64,000 bases of DNA from an uncultured Caulobacteraceae bacterium (lineage in GTDB: Bacteria > Pseudomonadota > Alphaproteobacteria > Caulobacterales > Caulobacteraceae): contig CAIXWN010000091.1 of NCBI GenBank assembly GCA_903923135.1, positions 91 through 64,090 of the forward strand. Direction: 5' to 3'. Within the stretch, counting starts at the first letter, position 1. Every line of letters begins with the position of its first letter. The notes below the pieces were generated by a model that was given only the letters and a program-made list of their open reading frames with translations, was not told the DNA's origin and made no database searches. A program made the translations under genes and the position numbers. This document shows positions 52,101-59,348 of this stretch, piece after piece.

Positions 52101-55100
52101 TCCGACGGCATCGCCGGCGTGGCCACGGCCAATGGCGACGTCAACATCGCCTCGACCGGCTTCGTGACCGGCGGCTACATCGGCATCTTCGGTGGGTCGG
52201 CGTTCACCCAGGGCGGCGACAATCCGGCCACGATCGGCGGTACGGTCAATATCGGCACGGCCCTGAAGCCGATCACCGGCGCGGTCGGCGATCAGAACAC
52301 CACCTTCGGTGCGATCGTCGCCACCAACACCACCGGCGCGATCAACGTGTTCACCGCCGCCTCGGCCAGCATGGCGGCCGACGGCAACGCCCGCTACGGC
52401 ATCGTCGCCTATGACGTCGGCGCCGCGGCGCCGATCACCATCGGCAACGCCGCCCAGATCGGCTCCACCAACGGCGCCACCGGCGGAGGGGTGAACTCGG
52501 CGGGCATCGATGCGGTGCAGACCGGAACCCTCGGCGGCATCAACCTCACCAACTCGGGCAACATCTACGTCGACAACGTCCAGGGTGTTGACGGCTTCGG
52601 CTTCACGGCCGGCATCCTGGCCTTCAACGCCGGCGCCGGCGCGATCAACGTCACCAACAGCGGATCGATCGATCCGCCTGCGGTCGGCATCTTCGCCAGC
52701 GGCCTGGGCCAGGTGAATGTGGTCAACAGCGGCTCGATCCTCGCCCTGGGAAGCGGCATCTTCGCCAACTCCTTCGGCGGCGCCGCGGTGACGGTCAGCA
52801 ACACCGCCCCCAGCGTCCACGGCATCGCGGGCAACGGCATCCAGGCGGTGTCCGCGGGCGCCGGCGATGTCACGGTCGCCTCTCTCGGCGGCACGGTTAC
52901 CGGCGGCTTCGACGACATTCTCGCCACCTCTCTGGGCGGTGTGGTCACGGTCGGTACGGTGGCGGCTCCGATCACCAGCGTGCTGGGCGACGCCTCGACC
53001 AGCCACGCCGGGATCGAAACCAGCAACACGACCGGCGCGACGATCATCAACACCGCCGCTTCGGCGACGATCAACGATCCGAACGCCCTCTACGGGATCG
53101 AGGCCAACTCGACCTCCGGAGCGATCACCATCAACACCGCCAGCGCCATCGGTTCGGGCTCGGGCGGCGTCAATGGCGCGGGTGTCTGGGCCAACTCCAC
53201 CGGCGCCAACACCACGGGCATCGCCGTCACCAACACCGGCGCGATCTTCGTCGATCCGGTCACGTCTCTGGGTATCGAAGGCACCAGCTACGGCGTCTAT
53301 GCGGTCAACGGCGGAACCGGCGCGGTCAGCGTCAGCAACTCCGGAGCGATCGCCAACCCGGGCGTGGGCATCCTGGCCTACGGCGCCGGCAACGCGTCGA
53401 TCGCCAACCACGCCAATGTCAGCGCCATCTTCAGCGCCCTGCACGCCGAATCCACGGCGGCCGGTGTGGTGACCGTGACCAGCGACAACGGCTCGGTGCT
53501 GACCGCGTCCCTCGGCGACGGGGTCGACGCCATCGCTGACGGCGGCGGCTCGGTCGGGGTCACCCTGACCAACACCACGGTCAACGCCGGCGCCGTGGGC
53601 GTCTACAGCCACGCCGGGGCGGGCGGCTCCGAGGTGGTCAACACCAGCGGCGGCGTCATCACGGCCGGATCCTACGGCATCGCGTCCGACGGTCTGGGTT
53701 CGATCTCGGTGACCAACTCCGACACCATCACCGGCCCCACCATCGGTGGTATCGGCGTGGGCGGCGCCTCGACCTCCGGTCCGATCACGGTCAGCAACAG
53801 CGGCGACATGTCGACGCTCAAGACGGCCATCTACGGGATCGGCGCCAAGGACGCGACCGGCGCGATCAGCATCTCCAACTCCGCCCAGATCGGGGCGGCG
53901 GGCGCCGGCAACGGGGTCAAGACCTTCGGCATCGGAGCCCAGTCCATCGGCGCCAACACCACCGGCGTCACGGTCACCAACACCGGCGCCATCTATGTGC
54001 AGGGCGTACCGACGGCTCCCTACATCTCTTCGGGTGTCGTGGCGCTCAATGCCGGGACCGGGGCGGTGCTCGTCAACAACTCCGGCGCAGTGCAGTCGGG
54101 AGCCTACGGCCTCTACGCTTCGGGCGCCGGCAATGTGACGGTCAATGACAACGCCTCAGTCGTCGGCGCCACCGGCATTCATGCCGACAGCTCCGGCGCG
54201 GCCTCGACCACCACGGTGGATGTCTACTCGCTTTACGGCGTCCCGGCTCCGGTTACGGGCGCAGCCGGAAACGGCATCGAGGCCTACGGTACGGGTGGCG
54301 GCAACGTCACCGTTGACACCTCGGCTGGCGGAACGATCTCCGGTTCTAACATCGGCATCGCGACGTCGGTCACCGGCGGAACGGGCGCGACGGTGGTTAA
54401 CACCCTCACCGGCGCTTCTACGACGGGTATTGGCGTGATCGGCGGGAGCGGCGACGGCATCCAGTCGCTCTCCAGCGGCTCGGGTCCGATCACCATCACG
54501 GCCGGCAACGTCCACGGCGGCGACAACGGCGTGTTCGCCAGCGCCAACTCCGGCGCCGTCGCGGTCACCACCCAGGGCAATGTCTTCGGCGGAACCGCGA
54601 CCGGTATCACGGCGGAGTCCTCCACGGGCAACGTCACCGTGACGACCAACAACCAGACCGGCGTCCGGAACGTCGTTTACGGGGCGGCCGAAGGCATCTT
54701 CGCCAGCTCCGGCGGTGCGGCCTCGACCACCGTGACCTCCAACAGCAACGTTGACGGCGGCACTGACGCCGGCATCGTGGCGGTCTCCGGGTCCGGTAAC
54801 CTCACCGTGGTCGTCAACGGCAACGTCAACACCGACACGCCGCCGGCCCCGGTCACCGGAGAAGGCATCCGCACCGACAGCGGCGGCCCGGCCTCGATCA
54901 CCATCAGCAACAACTCCACGGTTCTGGGCGCCGGAAACGCCAACCAGAACTCGGTGTTCTCCAAGAACAACACCGGCGGGGCCGTGGTGGACATCACCAC
55001 GGCGCTCGGCTCGACCACCGTGCTCACCAACAACGGTGTGGTGCAGTCGAACCGCGCGGCGCCGGGCGAGCTGAACGATCTGGCGATCCAGGCGGTCAAC

Positions 55101-56921
55101 GGCTCGGTGAACGTGACCAACAACAACGTGCTCAACGGCCGGATCGACTTCTCCGGTCTGGCGGGCGGCGAGGGCAGTTCGGCGACGTTCATCAACACCG
55201 GGACCTGGCAGGTCACCGGCGCCAACTACGCCGGCGGCCAGGATGGCTTCGGAACGACGCCTGTCCTGCTGGTCAACGACAACCTCATCTCCACGGTGGG
55301 GACCACGTCCATCGACTTCGGTGTCGATGGCGCGGCGGCCGGCGCGGCGCACGCCGCGGCGGACCAGGTCGACAACTTCGGCCTGATCCGGGTCGGCGGA
55401 TCCGGTGCGGTGGGTGCGGGCGCCACGCTCAACCTCACCCACCTGGCGACGCTCAACAACAGCGGCACGATCAACCTGATGAACGGCGTGCCGAACGACC
55501 GCTTCCTGAACACCGGCGCGGTCTACTCCGGCCTCGGCGCCCATCCGTTCCTGCAACTGGACGCGTCAATCTCGATCCCGGCGCTCAGGGCCGACGTCCT
55601 GACGGTCGGTTCGGTGACGGCGGTCGGCGGAACGGTGACCATCGCTTCGTCCGTGGCGCCGCTCAGCACCTATACGGATCAGGCGACCAAGACCTACATC
55701 CAGGTCAACGACACCACCGTCGGCCAGACGGGCGTCTACAATCCCGCCGGGATCGTGGTGGTGTCCGGACCGGGCGGCGTGCCGGTCGGGACATTCCAGA
55801 TCGACCAGACCTCGACCTATTACAATGTCGGCGGGACCAATAAGTTCGGCGGCGCGACCAACGTCATCGACAAGCCCGGGCTGTTCTTCACCTATCTCGA
55901 CTACGACGGCACCCATGCCCTGCTGGTCAGCGAGCCCAAGGTTGAAGCGCTGCAACTGGCCCGCCTCGGCGGGGCGGCGACGGGCATCTGGTACACGACG
56001 ACCCAGACCTGGTTCGATCGCGGCGCGGATATCCGGGACGACTTCAATGGCCGGGCGACGGGCCAGAAGGCCGGCGTGTGGCTGAAGGTCGTCGGCGACT
56101 GGACCCGCCGGGACCGTACCGTCAGCTTCAAGCCGTTCAGCCAGACGCTCAGCTACGACGTCAGCTACAATCAGAGCACCGGCGGCCTCATCGGCGGCGT
56201 CGATCTGCTGAATGTCCAGAACAGCGACTCGGCCTGGACCGTCGGTCTTGAAGGGGGCGGCGTGACCTCGCACGTGCACTTCAACAAGTCGTCCAGCAGC
56301 TACAAGCTGGATGGCGGAGTGATCGGGGCCTACGCCACCTACCTGCACGGCGGCCTGTTCGTGGATGGCGCGGTCAACGCCAACCTGCTGACCCTGTCGG
56401 TGGATCAACCCGGTCTGGGCACCACGCCCACCCCGTGGACGTCCTCCACCGGCGTCAACTCGGTCGGTGGCCAGGTCGAGGCGGGGTACGAGGTGCCGGT
56501 CGGCGGCAAGGTGTTCATCGAGCCCGTCGGTTCGCTGTCCTACGTCAACACCGCCTTCAGCAACGTGCCGTTCCAGAACGCCACGACGCAGATCACCAAC
56601 GACAACAGCTTCCGCGGCAGCGTGGGCCTGCGGGTCGGCAACAGCGCCGACTTCCAGTCCTACCGTCTGAAGTTCGCCCTGACGGCCAGGGTGTGGGATG
56701 AGTTCGAGGCCAACACCCGCACGACCCTTACCACCACGGCGCCGTCGCTCTCGACGTTCACCAACAATGACAACCTCAGAGGGGTGTTCGGCGAAGTGTC
56801 GGGCCAGATGACCCTGTTCACGATGGGCGACAAGCTGTCGGCCTTCTGGAACGGTGGTGTGAAGTTCAACAAGTCCTACACCGAGGGTCAGGCCACTCTG
56901 GGCGTCACCTACGCCTGGTAG
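40110..56921 (+). CDS. giant autotransporter-like (type Va) outer-membrane protein, 5603 aa
   Basis: A single 16,812-nt ORF. The N-terminus is signal-like (HRRASLLGTSAHFAASLLAGAGALAVG). The passenger is over 5000 aa, Gly/Thr/Ala/Val/Ser/Asn-rich and repetitive. The last 280-300 aa or so resemble an autotransporter beta-barrel and end ...ATLGVTYAW, with a terminal aromatic residue. An SD (GAGGGA) lies upstream. Confidence 0.85.
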   Translation: MSSIAAKPTHRRASLLGTSAHFAASLLAGAGALAVGSFSPSVVLGAPTNCGATHGLIACPAGTYTSGILITGASAPTSFQLQNDTITNTAAGAGANGVTLFDNGSGQNLTVQFFDLSNLGVPLPPTTVDGTGKPLGNGISVHSTGGDVAVNTFDLNSFYVPADVHNTITGANGIRSATVGTGTNTVTIGADTITSTGANVSYAAVQTLAGDGATTVTIAKGGVLNSSGGSYDILSRSTTGSITINNDGASTHGGISAGTGGAGDVNVTIGVDGTAVSALTGGGGVADAAIGTSAVDGVTTVDISGAVTATGDGYGVSSASTTGDIGITTHTGGVIQSKSNGIDASTASGAITVLTGDTVGTSGAAVGGDGIHAAVTSGAATSDVNVTVGANLYATGAGVNASNAGGGASTVSISDGVAVAAGTVGVSSSTAGAGTASITTGSGVSIDPDNIGLQASSAGQAIVTTGANNTITIDDNIDGVVDSTNTGIQSYSTAASGAQSAQVVVGANNTISISNTAGHDVDGAFGIDARNSGAGTGGVDIGVADGLNLTITQGDNTVGILGADFSNGDVNIHTGTGSITITGGNGVDVAGNVSPTVGIFGDGLGGGGVTIDTALDINVSNGGSLGTVGIRAQAAGDVNVTSGGTVVSAHGVGLYAFSAVGVVNVTNTGSVTANAGTGGDGIIASSGTGDVHVNGSGSITVATGAGAGISATSGSGNIFVGDSGGGYSGAIDPQNGGIGIDASSAGNVSVVTAAGGTISSGASTGIKAASTGGDVTVTQGGAIGVGGGQVSGVGIVASINNAGGAGVVTVNGNANIGAVGDGVDATTNGLGAVNVNYGAADGAALTLTSGAIGVNATQTNGASTADVTVQVGNASGATLISASTVGVSASNAGTGAASITTGDNVTIDPDNIGLQAASAGHAIVTTGANNSITIDDNIVPGVDSLNTGIQSYSTAASGAQSAQVVVGANNTILISNTAGPNVDGAIGIDARNLSGGTGGVDIGVADGLSLTITQADNAGGIVGLAAGDVNIHTGTGSITITGGNGVDVAGNLSNTFGIVGQSVGGGTVTINTGLDINVANGGALQTAGVAAFTSGDINLTSSGTVVSGQGSGLLASGGAGVVNVVNTGAVTGNAGGYGGDGINATSTTGEVHVNGSGSVTVASGAGNGINATSTSGNVLVGDSGFGYSGAIDPQGGGIGVNATTSGNVSVATTAGGTISGGASIGINAVTTGGASDVIVLQDGAIGVGGQVSGVGINAAINNAAGVGTVTVTGDANINAAGDGIDATTNGNGPVNVNYGTAGVGTETITSGAIGVNATETNPAATSNVTVTLGNAATGTVVHASNIGVEGANAGSGAATYLSGGNVTIDPDNYAVEMQSATGLASITTGANDSYTVDDNIVAGNDANNIALYAHSGAASGLNTVVTLAGANTILVTDGADGNAEGGTGIAALNTGNGTGGVLVDTTGDAGLSLTVNGDNAVGIHAATNYGATGSGNVTVNTGAGSITINAGAAPQAPTGNYGGSAGILATTNGGDVTVSNVAAISVSNGGGGLTVGILGVTNGAGDISIDHVGTANITSNNGNGIEADAVNGEISIRQLGASTITTTNGDGIQANITGNAGAGNTSIDISQNDEDAHINSTGGDGIRASVVGGGSGNIFVGGGANGTINGFITASGDGISATTDGHGNIVVSTNTLVTQSGGFGILAQNTAGSGFGNVTVLDNGDSTTTTGAGADGIFATTNGDGNVLVHVTGDQITTQGALADGVRATNTGGSNGDVTVITDGVAGINATGYGIFATSNSNDNVSVTTGANTTIAAGLDGIRATITSVNGQDVLVTHDGAITAAGGDGIFVTSVSNGNVGVQAGATSSIVATGEGIHAYALGGTVVNSSDVTVVGAGSITSGGAGIDAQITQAANAGVVSVTQTGTVTAGGDGILATTAGQGAVNVTTGAGAITGGFGGGVGSGDGINASTQGGALTIITGTGAITGDPGIVANINGGAGTLTVTTNGSVTGLFGDGINATITGGGTGDLVISDKGVGAITGAGATSNGITASTDGGGNAKVTTVATVDVAGGASGIVLSSTGGSGDVTVDTAGSVSGAAGDGVNATAINDGTVRVIARGADSGSANGITTSSADGTNTVILTGTGSATSTGVGDGVHATTSGFGDITVTTLAGSSASGSGAGGDGIFASTGTSVASINVSLGGTATTNTPASGFGISADALGGNVSVQVTSSGSVLDGGIRAATNNFGNVTVQTLGSVTNTAGDGIDALVESGVDQVTAKTVTASGDGIHAVSSGAGGIVTVTAKDVTSTTSGSGVFASTTDGGGGPVQVNTYGTITGSATAHTAGIYAVALNNSPVTITASGPVSGDAGVAGVSGGGNVNITTTGTVQASGTTPNSSFGVIGATSGSGTVTINSSGDVTAASTDGVLGFSTGNGLIQVTSGKVTSGGGGVIADSTGGGTVQVTTNGAVVATGAAPDTWGVLALTNGGSGSATVTTHSTVEGAYDGAGAIVVSGGGNATIDTTGGLVTAHGSSGGGHNAWGVLGLAQSGNVQVTTGAVTADGAPLAAVGGLSSTGNVAIQTNGQVSSNGIGVLGSTSSAGSTGSILITTNAGVGAAGVGIGAFAAGASNVTVDANDTVVGFTGIATSTHGSGVTNVTALGTVTGFSGDGVNATTTGSGSITVSTAEVDAANVAINTHSGGGSSIQVTANGPLTGQVGVSAVTTGGANAGSVTVHTLSTVTASNGLGVNAQAGTGGSTVRTDGAVSGVGGINASSSGSGATSVTANGSVDGTTGAGGTGINATSGSGNVTVLANSTTSGTTGVSTTTSGSGVTAITTLGLVTGTTGDGVDATNFGGAGAIGVTTGDVTGALDGILVQAIGGGAPITVAANGAINAGGGTSGGIVVNSTGGSGNVLITTGSTVTGGTGVVANVGGAGGVNIDTTGGLVTSTWAGGVGVGASTVNGKINETTGAVTAANVGVYALSSGGGGNINIETTGAVDAGGAGIVADNHTGAGSIIVTADSTVTSASSIAVDVSAGTGGATVTTDGAVSGVGGIFATSTGAGATSVTANSSVLGSGAVGILATSDTGNVTVLANSTTTGTTGVATATGGSGVTNITTVGLVTGSAGDGVDATNAGGAGAINITTGAVTGALDGIFADAAGGGAPITIATSGDVNGGGASTGVLAASTGGSGSVKITTGGAVTAGSGVVATVGGAGGVNADTTGGLVTATSGTGVGVGASTVNGAITLTTGAVSAVNGTARGVIAQSTGGGGNIVIETTGAVNAAGVGIGADNHTGAGSIVVTADSTVTSTGATAIDVTAGTGGATVTTDGAVSGVGGIFATSAGAGATSVTANSSVVGSSDVGILATSDTGNVTVLANSTTTGSTGVYTSTGGTGVTSITTLGLVTGSSFDGIDALTTGTGGITIATGAVTATNDGANGIFAQNTSGGAGDIRITTNGQIQGDVSGITADNHLGTGAINVHTLGAVSALTGVGVSATAGTGGATVVTDGVVNGGSGPGGGINATATGAGPVTVAANGAVNGGAGVGINAGTASGSILVTTGSTVIGSEGVVTAVSTGSGTTGVTTTAGLVTGVTGDGIHSTTGGSGAISITTGAVTATAAGANGVFAQSTTGAANIGITTEGVIQGAASGVNADNSAGAGSINVHSVSAVSATTGVGITATAGTGGVIVTTDGTVTGGSGPGGGINATAAGAGSVQVAANAAVDGVAGTGIHAASGTGNIQVLANSTVAGTNGVTSSTGGAGTTLITTVGQVTATAGDGVNASGGAGQITITTNGVNASVNGIFAHGVTSPITITNNGAVNGATGDGIGAVTGGAGAIQVNVQGPVSGAVGVYTAQTGTGVTNIVDGVAANTITGTVGDGVQSVNGAGTGTVNFGAGTGSRIQAAVFGATNGVDISGAGLMNVYDGANVTGAAGWGITAQSTASSVNIDVVGGVVQGTSVAALNGGGILGLTNAAGPNAVNITSTDTVIGIGQQSDGIAGVATANGDVNIASTGFVTGGYIGIFGGSAFTQGGDNPATIGGTVNIGTALKPITGAVGDQNTTFGAIVATNTTGAINVFTAASASMAADGNARYGIVAYDVGAAAPITIGNAAQIGSTNGATGGGVNSAGIDAVQTGTLGGINLTNSGNIYVDNVQGVDGFGFTAGILAFNAGAGAINVTNSGSIDPPAVGIFASGLGQVNVVNSGSILALGSGIFANSFGGAAVTVSNTAPSVHGIAGNGIQAVSAGAGDVTVASLGGTVTGGFDDILATSLGGVVTVGTVAAPITSVLGDASTSHAGIETSNTTGATIINTAASATINDPNALYGIEANSTSGAITINTASAIGSGSGGVNGAGVWANSTGANTTGIAVTNTGAIFVDPVTSLGIEGTSYGVYAVNGGTGAVSVSNSGAIANPGVGILAYGAGNASIANHANVSAIFSALHAESTAAGVVTVTSDNGSVLTASLGDGVDAIADGGGSVGVTLTNTTVNAGAVGVYSHAGAGGSEVVNTSGGVITAGSYGIASDGLGSISVTNSDTITGPTIGGIGVGGASTSGPITVSNSGDMSTLKTAIYGIGAKDATGAISISNSAQIGAAGAGNGVKTFGIGAQSIGANTTGVTVTNTGAIYVQGVPTAPYISSGVVALNAGTGAVLVNNSGAVQSGAYGLYASGAGNVTVNDNASVVGATGIHADSSGAASTTTVDVYSLYGVPAPVTGAAGNGIEAYGTGGGNVTVDTSAGGTISGSNIGIATSVTGGTGATVVNTLTGASTTGIGVIGGSGDGIQSLSSGSGPITITAGNVHGGDNGVFASANSGAVAVTTQGNVFGGTATGITAESSTGNVTVTTNNQTGVRNVVYGAAEGIFASSGGAASTTVTSNSNVDGGTDAGIVAVSGSGNLTVVVNGNVNTDTPPAPVTGEGIRTDSGGPASITISNNSTVLGAGNANQNSVFSKNNTGGAVVDITTALGSTTVLTNNGVVQSNRAAPGELNDLAIQAVNGSVNVTNNNVLNGRIDFSGLAGGEGSSATFINTGTWQVTGANYAGGQDGFGTTPVLLVNDNLISTVGTTSIDFGVDGAAAGAAHAAADQVDNFGLIRVGGSGAVGAGATLNLTHLATLNNSGTINLMNGVPNDRFLNTGAVYSGLGAHPFLQLDASISIPALRADVLTVGSVTAVGGTVTIASSVAPLSTYTDQATKTYIQVNDTTVGQTGVYNPAGIVVVSGPGGVPVGTFQIDQTSTYYNVGGTNKFGGATNVIDKPGLFFTYLDYDGTHALLVSEPKVEALQLARLGGAATGIWYTTTQTWFDRGADIRDDFNGRATGQKAGVWLKVVGDWTRRDRTVSFKPFSQTLSYDVSYNQSTGGLIGGVDLLNVQNSDSAWTVGLEGGGVTSHVHFNKSSSSYKLDGGVIGAYATYLHGGLFVDGAVNANLLTLSVDQPGLGTTPTPWTSSTGVNSVGGQVEAGYEVPVGGKVFIEPVGSLSYVNTAFSNVPFQNATTQITNDNSFRGSVGLRVGNSADFQSYRLKFALTARVWDEFEANTRTTLTTTAPSLSTFTNNDNLRGVFGEVSGQMTLFTMGDKLSAFWNGGVKFNKSYTEGQATLGVTYAW
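41290..44780 (+). repeat. intragenic long tandem repeat A: 1383-nt (461-aa) unit, about 2.5 copies
   Basis: The landmark codons GAT CC(G/C) GAC AA (IDPDN) occur at 41448, 42831 and 44214, exactly 1383 nt apart. A stretch of about 70 nt (ATCCAGTCCTACAGCACCGCCGCCTCGGGCGCGCAGTCCGCCCAGGTGGTGGTCGG) is identical at about 41570 and about 42953. Confidence 0.85.
48318..51650 (+). repeat. intragenic long tandem repeat B: 852-nt (284-aa) unit, two full copies followed by shorter 528- and 552-nt derivatives
   Basis: Unit boundaries (..TADSTVTS.. / ..HTLSTVTAS..) lie at 48318, 49170 and 50022. Shortened units start at about 50550 and 51102. The stretch GGCGCGGTCAGCGGCGTCGGCGGCAT recurs near 48400, 49255 and 50105. 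Confidence 0.8.
52250..54250 (+). repeat. intragenic diverged repeat C: three units of 227-249 aa
   Basis: The landmark ..TN(T/S)G(A/N)I(F/Y)V.. codons ATCTACGTC, ATCTTCGTC and ATCTATGTG occur at 52563, 53244 and 53991, spacings of 681 and 747 nt. The flanking protein sequence is alignable by eye. Confidence 0.6.
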
Positions 56922-56982
56922 ACCTGCGCAACGCGGATCCGGCGGCTTCCCAGAGAGGTCGCCGGGACCACACAGAGACCCG

Positions 56983-57018
56983 GACCCAGGGCGGCGACGC
57001 CCTGGGTCTTTGTCGTTT
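56983..57018 (+). terminator. Rho-independent terminator of the giant ORF
   Basis: GACCCAGGGC-GGCGAC-GCCCTGGGTC (10-bp perfect stem) followed by TTTGTCGTTT, 62 nt after the stop. Confidence 0.75.
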
Positions 57019-57168
57019 CAGGACGGGGGTCGCAGGCCTGATGGGGACGGGGCCAAGGGTTGACGCCGACCAGATGGAAACAGCTGCTCGGCGATAATTG
57101 AGCCTAGAAACATAGGGTTAGAGCCATTCTGATCCGATCGGATAGTTTCAATCAGATCGAAAAGGAGT

Positions 57169-57612
57169 CTAGGCGACGATCCTGGCGGTCTGAGCCTTCA
57201 GGGCGCTGACCAGGTCTGCGGGCGCCAGCCGGATCTGCAGGCCGCGCTGGCCTCCGTTGACGAACACCAGGTCCTCGCCGAGGGCTGAGGCTTCAACGAC
57301 GGTCGGCGCAGGCTTCTTCTGCCCGAACGGGCTGATCCCGCCGACCCGATAGCCGGTCAGCCGTTCGGCGTCCGCCGGCGGCGCCATTCGCGCGGACTTG
57401 CCGCCGAACAGCGCCGCGAGGGCCTTCATGCTGACCTCGCGGTCGGAAGGAACGGCGACACATACCGGCCTGTCGTCGACCAGGGCCATCAGCGTCTTGA
57501 GAACCCTTTGGGGGTGTTCTCCGAGGGCCAGGGCTGCCTGCAGGCCGACGCGGTCCGCCGAGGGGTCATAGACATAGGTGTGCAGGGTGTGGACGACGCC
57601 GGCGCGGTTCAC
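57169..57612 (-). CDS. ybaK: Cys-tRNA(Pro)/Cys-tRNA(Cys) deacylase YbaK-like
   Basis: 147 aa. Alignable by eye with E. coli YbaK (HTYVYDP.., YRVGGISPFGQKK versus YLVGGISPLGQKK). GTG start. Confidence 0.8.
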   Translation of the reverse strand: MNRAGVVHTLHTYVYDPSADRVGLQAALALGEHPQRVLKTLMALVDDRPVCVAVPSDREVSMKALAALFGGKSARMAPPADAERLTGYRVGGISPFGQKKPAPTVVEASALGEDLVFVNGGQRGLQIRLAPADLVSALKAQTARIVA

Positions 57613-57810
57613 GGCCAGCGTCGCGGGGGTGCTTCTGGCCAGAGCCGGGCCCTTCCGTGATTATGGCCGTGGCGGCCGCTCTCATCGATGTGACGGCGAA
57701 ACGTCGACAAAATCTTACCCTTTGCCGGGGCATCGTCTATCCCGGACGTCACAGGCCCGGCCGGCGCCGGGCGCGACGACTGGCAGCCAGGGCGTGGGGT
57801 GCGCGTGACC

Positions 57811-59313
57811 ATGAGCGAAAACCATCTGTTCGACCGTCTGCTTGGGGCCGGGGATCCGGTGTCGACGGCTATCGAGACCGAGGGCCGCCGGCTCAGCTAT
57901 GCGGATCTCGAGCGGGAGACCGGCCGCTACGCCAACGCCCTCGTCACCCTTGGGGTCCGGCCCGGGGACCGGGTGGCCGTCCAGGTGGAGAAGTCGGCGG
58001 CCAATCTCATGCTCTATCTGGCGACGGTCCGCGCCGGGGCGATCTTCCTGCCGCTCAACACCGCCTATACCCTCAACGAGCTGGCCTATTTCATCAACGA
58101 CGCCGAGCCCGCGCTGATCGTCTGCGATCCGGCGGCGCGCAAGGCGCTCGGCCCCCTGGCGGGAGACGTGCCGGTGGAAACCCTGGACCGGGCCGGGCAG
58201 GGGTCCCTTGCGGCGTTCGCCGAGATCCAGCCCACCCGCTTCGAGACGGTGGAACGCTCCGCCGACGACCTGGCCGCCATCTGCTACACCTCGGGCACCA
58301 CCGGTCGCTCAAAGGGCGCCATGCTGACGCACCGGGCGCTGGCGTCAAACGCCGCGACCCTGGTGGACCTGTGGGGGTTCACCGCCGCCGACGTGCTCAT
58401 CCACGCCCTGCCGACCTATCACGTGCACGGCCTGTTCGTGGCCACCAACGTCCTGCTGATGGCCGGCGGCTCGATCATCCTGCAGCCCAAGTTCGATCCG
58501 GCGTCGGTGATCGCCGCCATGCCCCGCGCCACGGCCCTGATGGGCATTCCCACCTTCTACACCCGCCTCCTCGCCCACGAGGGCCTCAGCGACGAGGCGG
58601 TGGCGCCCATGCGGCTGTTCATCAGCGGCTCGGCTCCCCTCCTGGCCCAGACCCACCGGGACTGGACCGAACGGACCGGCAAACCGATCCTCGAGCGTTA
58701 CGGCATGACCGAGACCGGCATGAACACCTCCAATCCCTATGAGGGCGACCGGGTCGCCGGGTCGGTCGGGCTCCCCCTGCCTGACGTCGATCTGCGCATC
58801 GTCGACGAGCAAGGCGGAGCAGAGGTTCCCGACGGCCAGATCGGCGTCATCGAGGTCAGGGGCCCCAACGTCTGCGCCGGCTACTGGCGCAACCGGGAAA
58901 AGACCGACGAGGCGTTCCGGCCCGACGGGTTCTTCATCACCGGGGATCTGGGCGTGCGGGATGAGCGCGGCTACGTCTCCATCGTCGGCCGGGGCAAGGA
59001 CCTTATCATCACCGGCGGCCTGAACGTCTACCCGAAGGAGGTGGAGGGCGAGATCGACGCGCTTCCCGGGGTCGTTGAATCGGCGGTCGTCGGCCTGCCG
59101 CACGCCGACTTCGGCGAGGCGGTGACGGCGGTCGTCGCCGTCGGCGCCCGGACCGACCTGACAGAAGCGTCTGTGCTGGAGGCCCTGGCGCCGCGACTGG
59201 CGCGGTTCAAGCAGCCCAAGCGGGTGCTCTTCGTCGAGGACCTGCCGCGCAACGCCATGGGCAAGGTGCAGAAGGCGCTTCTGCGGGAGACGCACCGGGC
59301 CCTCTACGCCTGA
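57811..59313 (+). CDS. matB: malonate--CoA ligase-like AMP-dependent synthetase
   Basis: MSENHLFDRL..., VAVQVEKSAANLMLYLATVRAGAIFLPLNTAYTLNELAYFINDAEP and YTSGTTGRSKGA closely resemble rhizobial MatB. An alternative GTG start lies at 57799. Confidence 0.8.
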   Translation: MSENHLFDRLLGAGDPVSTAIETEGRRLSYADLERETGRYANALVTLGVRPGDRVAVQVEKSAANLMLYLATVRAGAIFLPLNTAYTLNELAYFINDAEPALIVCDPAARKALGPLAGDVPVETLDRAGQGSLAAFAEIQPTRFETVERSADDLAAICYTSGTTGRSKGAMLTHRALASNAATLVDLWGFTAADVLIHALPTYHVHGLFVATNVLLMAGGSIILQPKFDPASVIAAMPRATALMGIPTFYTRLLAHEGLSDEAVAPMRLFISGSAPLLAQTHRDWTERTGKPILERYGMTETGMNTSNPYEGDRVAGSVGLPLPDVDLRIVDEQGGAEVPDGQIGVIEVRGPNVCAGYWRNREKTDEAFRPDGFFITGDLGVRDERGYVSIVGRGKDLIITGGLNVYPKEVEGEIDALPGVVESAVVGLPHADFGEAVTAVVAVGARTDLTEASVLEALAPRLARFKQPKRVLFVEDLPRNAMGKVQKALLRETHRALYA

Positions 59314-59348
59314 GCGGGTGGGGTTGGGGCGGTCTCGCGCGCCTCTCG

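Noticed and set aside
41290-54250. The periodic repeats considered as a CRISPR array or mobile-element repeats.
   Set aside because: The units are 528-1383 nt, contiguous with no unique spacers, in frame, and within one ORF. No cas genes, transposase or inverted terminal repeats are present. These are coding tandem duplications.
40110-56921. The idea that the giant protein is the RTX-type substrate of the nearby type I secretion system.
   Set aside because: It ends in an OMP/autotransporter-like beta-barrel with a terminal ...YAW. I saw no tandem GGxGxD nonapeptide array or acidic C-terminal T1SS signal. It also has an N-terminal signal-like segment. This makes it type V rather than type I.
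57062-57100. A sigma70-like promoter, TTGACG ... GATAAT, in the spacer after the giant ORF.
   Set aside because: The hexamers are 27 nt apart, far from the usual spacing of about 17 nt. Nothing on the plus strand downstream would be served by it, since that stretch is antisense to ybaK.
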